Below, piece by piece: positions 59,792-64,000 of a stretch of DNA of 64,000 nucleotides. The first letter of the stretch is position 1; each line of letters opens with the position of its first letter. The stretch is from Blautia sp. (lineage in GTDB: Bacteria; Bacillota; Clostridia; Lachnospirales; Lachnospiraceae), in contig JAETNR010000017.1 in NCBI GenBank assembly GCA_021772055.1, positions 4,386 to 68,385 of the forward strand, given 5' to 3'. The notes beneath the pieces are model-generated. The model was not told where the DNA came from. It saw only the letters and a program-made list of their open reading frames with translations, and made no database searches. Position numbers and translations under genes: made by a program.

Positions 59792-60058
59792 TTAGTCCTG
59801 TACGTATGGCATCAGGGAAAGATGACGTGCTCTCTTAATAGCTACGGTCAGAGCTCTCTGGTGTTTTGCACAGTTTCCGGTAATTCTTCTCGGAAGGATC
59901 TTGCCTCTTTCAGAAACATATTTTCTTAATTTAGCTACATCCTTGTAATCGATCTCATTGTTTTCTTTACCACAGAATACGCAAACTTTTTTTCTCTTGC
60001 GTCCGCCTCTTCTCTTCATTGGAGAGTCTGGTCTTTCACCTCTATTATTGTAAGCCAT
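59792..60058 (-). CDS. rpsR: 30S ribosomal protein S18
   Basis: IDYKD...[13 protein letters not shown]. Confidence 0.97.
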   Translation of the reverse strand: MAYNNRGERPDSPMKRRGGRKRKKVCVFCGKENNEIDYKDVAKLRKYVSERGKILPRRITGNCAKHQRALTVAIKRARHLSLMPYVQD

Positions 60059-60134
60059 GATGGTTTCCTCCTATCTTTATTTCTCAGTGTGCATAAAATG
60101 CCACCCGCTCTGCGGGATAAATCCATTCCATGCT

Positions 60135-60587
60135 TTAGTTGAACGGCAATTCTTCGTCAATTCCATCCGGAATATTCATAAAACCGTCTGCACTTGCTGC
60201 GCTGGGACTGGGCATGGACGGCGCTGCGTTCTGATGGGGATGGGATGCTGCGTAGCTGTCGCTGGAAGCCTTGCTCTCTGCAAACTCCTGATCCTCAACA
60301 ACCACTTCCGTGGTGTACACCTTCTGTCCATCTCTGTTTGTATAGCTTCCGGTCTGAATACGTCCGGTAATCGCTATCTTCAATCCCTGACGGAAATACT
60401 TCTCTGCAAACTCTGCACTGCGGCCAAAAGCGACACAGCTGATAAAATCAGCGGTTGCCTCGCCGTCGCGGCGGAATCTTCTGTCTACAGCCAGTGTATA
60501 TCTGGCGATTGCCAATGCATTTTCTCCTGCGGAATATCTTACCTCAGGATCTCTTGTTAAGCGTCCCATTAAAATTACTTTGTTCAT
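60135..60587 (-). CDS. ssb: Single-stranded DNA-binding protein
   Basis: MNKVILMGRLTRDPEVRY ... DEELPFN. Confidence 0.97.
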   Translation of the reverse strand: MNKVILMGRLTRDPEVRYSAGENALAIARYTLAVDRRFRRDGEATADFISCVAFGRSAEFAEKYFRQGLKIAITGRIQTGSYTNRDGQKVYTTEVVVEDQEFAESKASSDSYAASHPHQNAAPSMPSPSAASADGFMNIPDGIDEELPFN

Positions 60588-60701
60588 ATTTCTACCTCTT
60601 TTTTCTGTCTGGGTGAACGGGTTCTTAATGGTGCTTTCTAAAATCCACTGTCTGATGCCCGCTAACAGCAAACATCCTGTACGTCAATGCCTGTAAAAAA
60701 A

Positions 60702-60989
60702 CTATGCGTCTTTACGAACAACTAAGTATCTTAATACATTGTCCATAATACGAACATGTCTCTCTACTTCTGCAGGACACGCTGCGTCTGCTTCGAACTG
60801 AATAAAGTAGTAGAAGCCTTCATGCATTTTCTGAATTTCGTAAGCTAATTTTTTCTTACCCCATTCTTCTACTTCTGTGATAGTACCATTGTAACGGGTG
60901 ATGTAGTTTTTTGCTTTTTCTACAACTGCTTCACGAACCTCGTCTTCTACTTTGGCACTCACAACCAATGCTAACTCGTACTTGTTCAT
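60702..60989 (-). CDS. rpsF: 30S ribosomal protein S6
   Basis: YE...EWGKKKLAYEI...VLRYLV. Confidence 0.97.
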   Translation of the reverse strand: MNKYELALVVSAKVEDEVREAVVEKAKNYITRYNGTITEVEEWGKKKLAYEIQKMHEGFYYFIQFEADAACPAEVERHVRIMDNVLRYLVVRKDA

Positions 60990-60996
60990 GCTTTCT

Positions 60997-61046
60997 TACC
61001 TCCTTGTGGTCTTAATGGCCCTTTGCCTGTACAAAGAGCAAGGATA
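60997..61046 (-). promoter_or_regulatory. Probable S6:S18 autogenous leader RNA
   Basis: UCCUUG pairs with CAAGGA (the SD), with an inner CUUUG/CAAAG hairpin and CC motifs upstream of rpsF. Confidence 0.6.
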
Positions 61047-61096
61047 AATATATCACGATTGTTGATTTTAACATACTTTCATGCTTCTGTAAAGCA

Positions 61097-61288
61097 TTAT
61101 TCCTGATTTTTTTTCAGATTTTTTGTATTTTTTTCTACCATTTTGCGCGGCACCATGATCTGGTGGCCGCAGCCTGTGCATTTCAGCCGGAAGTCCGCCC
61201 CTACCCGGAGGATCTCCCAGTCCCGGCTACCGCAGGGATGGCCTTTTTTTAACGTTACAATATCTCCGATCTCATAAAGAAGTCCCAT
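61097..61288 (-). CDS. DUF951 family protein
   Basis: GDIVTLKKGHPCGSRDWEILRVGADFRLKCTGC. Confidence 0.9.
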   Translation of the reverse strand: MGLLYEIGDIVTLKKGHPCGSRDWEILRVGADFRLKCTGCGHQIMVPRKMVEKNTKNLKKNQE

Positions 61289-61291
61289 AGC

Positions 61292-62023
61292 CTATACTCC
61301 TTTTACCACGATATTAGAAAATACCTTACCGATAGGTTCCTGGATCAATAAATCAGCATAGCGGTCACGGGGTGTAGGAGATTTATTGATCACTACCAGA
61401 TGCTCTCCCCGGAAATAATCGATCAGGCTGGCGGCCGGATAAACTGCCAGGGAGGTTCCCCCAATGATCAATACATCTGCACTGGCAATAGCACGCACAG
61501 ATTCATTGATCACCTCATTATCCAGGCCCTCTTCATAAAGAACCACATCCGGCTTAATCATCCCTCCGCACTCACATCTTGGGACGCCCTTCGCATTTTT
61601 CATATGAGCAAATCCGTAAAATTTCCCGCATTTCATACAATAATTGCGGTGAACGCTTCCATGAAGTTCCAGAACCTTTTTACTTCCTGCCATCTGGTGA
61701 AGGTTATCAATATTCTGGGTAATCACAGCCTTCAGCTTCCCGGCAGCTTCCAGTTCCTGAAGCTTTTGGTGTGCAGCATTTGGCTTTGCTGTATCGCAAA
61801 GCATCTTATCCTGGTAAAACCGATAGAATTCCTCCGGATTTCTCATAAAAAAGGTATGGCTCAAAATCGTTTCCGGCGGAAAATCATACTTCTGGTTATA
61901 AAGTCCGTCCTGAGAGCGGAAATCCGGTATCCCGCTTTCTGTAGACACTCCTGCACCGCCGAAAAAAACGATGTTATCAGATGAATCAATGATCTCCTGT
62001 AATCTTTCTATCTCATTTGCCAT
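61292..62023 (-). CDS. cobB: NAD-dependent protein deacylase (sirtuin)
   Basis: GAGVSTESGIPDFRS, TQNIDNLH, LHGS, KPDVVLYEE. Confidence 0.93.
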   Translation of the reverse strand: MANEIERLQEIIDSSDNIVFFGGAGVSTESGIPDFRSQDGLYNQKYDFPPETILSHTFFMRNPEEFYRFYQDKMLCDTAKPNAAHQKLQELEAAGKLKAVITQNIDNLHQMAGSKKVLELHGSVHRNYCMKCGKFYGFAHMKNAKGVPRCECGGMIKPDVVLYEEGLDNEVINESVRAIASADVLIIGGTSLAVYPAASLIDYFRGEHLVVINKSPTPRDRYADLLIQEPIGKVFSNIVVKGV

Positions 62024-62061
62024 AGGAATCCTCCTCTCTAAACAGCCTTTCCAGGCATTTC

Positions 62062-62877
62062 TTATTGTACATCCAGTGCATCCACCATTCTGCCCTGTAC
62101 CACAAAGCGTGTAGATTCATTTCCTGTACAGGTAGAAAGAGTTATTACTTTATCTTTCATATTTAAATTCCCAGCCTCTGTCTGAATTTCTGAACGGCTT
62201 ACGATTTTTTTCAGGTAATCCTCAAATTCCGTTCCCGGACCTTTAAACAATGTATATGTATCACTGTTCACCCCTGTCGTATATGCGGATATGATCTCAT
62301 ACCTGTAATCCTTTTCCGGGGTAAAAATCCAAAAATATTTACTCTTTTTATAAGTTTCCCCATCCTGGCTGAATTTTTTCAACTGGCCAAACATTGAGCC
62401 ATTTTTCATATTATGTCCATAAACCAGCGTATTACAATCACTGAAATCACTGCTGTTTTCGCAGTCAATAAAAATCGTCCCTGCAAAATTATAATTTTTT
62501 TCATAGGTCATATGGAGGTAATAGCTATTGTCACTCCCCTTTACCACAGGATAGCTGACACCATCCAAAGCTTCTATATAAATCCAACCGATCACATCCT
62601 CATTTACACTGCGCAGCGCATTAAAATCAATTTTCATGGGAGCTGCAAGAAGCGGAACCTGCTCCTCGTCCATAGTCTCCTGCGTTTCCGCATCCGGGTC
62701 TCTATTGGTAACTGCCATCTGCTCGATCTGGTTGTATTCGTCTGTTCCTTTCTTATATTCCGTATATATGTGGTACAGATTATAAGCAGCATAGCAGAAC
62801 ACACCAATCGCAGCGATCAGTACCAGAGTCAGCAAAAAGTCTCCTACATTCTTTTTCTTTTTGTTCTTAGCAGCCAT
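62062..62877 (-). CDS. srtB: Class B sortase
   Basis: N-terminal TM, YGHNMKNGSMFG, TLSTC...R. Confidence 0.9.
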   Translation of the reverse strand: MAAKNKKKKNVGDFLLTLVLIAAIGVFCYAAYNLYHIYTEYKKGTDEYNQIEQMAVTNRDPDAETQETMDEEQVPLLAAPMKIDFNALRSVNEDVIGWIYIEALDGVSYPVVKGSDNSYYLHMTYEKNYNFAGTIFIDCENSSDFSDCNTLVYGHNMKNGSMFGQLKKFSQDGETYKKSKYFWIFTPEKDYRYEIISAYTTGVNSDTYTLFKGPGTEFEDYLKKIVSRSEIQTEAGNLNMKDKVITLSTCTGNESTRFVVQGRMVDALDVQ

Positions 62878-62967
62878 AAGGCACTCTCCTTTCTTATGAA
62901 AATTTTCCAAAAGTGCAAAAGCCTCCGTGACAATATTGCCATGAAGACTTTCGTTTCCTTTCCACTT

Positions 62968-64000
62968 CTACTGCAGTTTTACTGATACAATTGGATTGCT
63001 TTTTGCTGTGGTACTTACAATAAAACCAATATCCTGTACCGTCCCGTTTGCTGCAATCTTTTTATTCCAGGAAACCGGTGTTATCGTGATATTCTTACCC
63101 TTATAGGTAAATTTACCATTCCAGTCACCTGATTTTGCAATAGAATTTTTAAAAGCAAGCTGTACCTTCCAGCTGTTCACCGCTTTTTTAGAATTATTTT
63201 TAATGGTCAGTTTGTATTGTGTAAAATAGCGGTTCCCGCTCTTCCAGGAATTCACTGCCTGTACAGATACTTTGCAGGTTTTGGAAGCATTAGATGCAGT
63301 ACTTGTCTTTGATGCAGGCTTCGAAGCCGGAGTTGGCGTCGGTTTCTTTGCAGGCTCTTTGGACGAAGCCGGGGGCGGCGTCGGCTTTGGCTTCGCGGAA
63401 GTTTTTGCCAGACTTCCTTTATAAGTACGGACAAGCCATTTTCCGGACTGGGAAAGATTAGAATACGTCCAGCCGGATTTCTTTGAGCAGCTGCTCTGGA
63501 GCAAAGCGGCAGATTCGTTCTTATTCGAAAAGTTCCATGCCACATAACCAATCTTGTACTTATTCAGAAAAGAAATCCATTTATTCGCTTCTGCTTCATT
63601 GATCCCGCCATTGCCGGAAGCATCGCAGATTCCAAACTCACTTACAAGCAGCGGCAGTCCGGCTTTAACGGCCTTTTCTGCCTTGGTTCTGTAACTGCTC
63701 CGATGAGTATTGGCATAAAAATGAAGGGTATACATAATATTCTTGTACCCTTTGATCGGATCCTTCGCAGCCGCATCCACATCCTGAGACCAGGTAGGAG
63801 TTCCTACAAGAATTACTGCATTTTTATCTATCTTCCGGATTTCCTTAATGACATCCTGGGCATAAGACTTAATCTGCTTCCAGGAGGTACCGCCGTTCGG
63901 TTCATTGCAGATTTCGTAAATGACATTTTTATTATTTTTATACTTCTTCGCCATCTCCTTAAAAAAGGCAATGGACTGCTTTTTATAGGTATTGGGGTTG
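62968..64000 (-). CDS. GH5 endoglucanase with a Pro-rich linker and C-terminal CBM2-like module (5' end outside the window)
   Basis: YEICNEP (acid/base), LHFYA, VSEFG (nucleophile), PKPTPPP linker, NSW...W...WN. Confidence 0.88.
   Translation of the reverse strand, partial: NPNTYKKQSIAFFKEMAKKYKNNKNVIYEICNEPNGGTSWKQIKSYAQDVIKEIRKIDKNAVILVGTPTWSQDVDAAAKDPIKGYKNIMYTLHFYANTHRSSYRTKAEKAVKAGLPLLVSEFGICDASGNGGINEAEANKWISFLNKYKIGYVAWNFSNKNESAALLQSSCSKKSGWTYSNLSQSGKWLVRTYKGSLAKTSAKPKPTPPPASSKEPAKKPTPTPASKPASKTSTASNASKTCKVSVQAVNSWKSGNRYFTQYKLTIKNNSKKAVNSWKVQLAFKNSIAKSGDWNGKFTYKGKNITITPVSWNKKIAANGTVQDIGFIVSTTAKSNPIVSVKLQ

Overview
Firmicute chromosome segment, probably Lachnospiraceae judging by gene content and order. 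Nearly all genes lie on the minus strand. About 1-40 kb holds two surface-polysaccharide gene sets: a low-GC wzx/wzy/glycosyltransferase/ugd block with a partly decayed ugd-rml module (1-16.5 kb), and a host-GC wzx/wzy block with an Arn-like amino-sugar modification module (22-40 kb). A large surface protein and a tyrosine recombinase follow (40-44 kb), then membrane and sporulation genes and the conserved dnaB-rplI-gdpP / rpsR-ssb-rpsF region. The main observation is at 16.6-22 kb, where two paralogous TnpB/Cas12f-like genes have all three RuvC catalytic residues substituted. Each is followed by a conserved, covarying ~180-nt structured RNA (omegaRNA-like) with a different 3' guide-position sequence, and there is no transposase. 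One is the translationally coupled last gene of polysaccharide locus A. The other is the first gene ahead of locus B, downstream of a ~290-bp segment that is flanked by inverted 27-bp tyrosine-recombinase-type sites and contains a near-consensus sigmaA promoter in the ON orientation. The inference, untested here, is a phase-variable, RNA-guided (TldR-like) regulator of surface polysaccharide expression. No convincing guide target was found inside the window.
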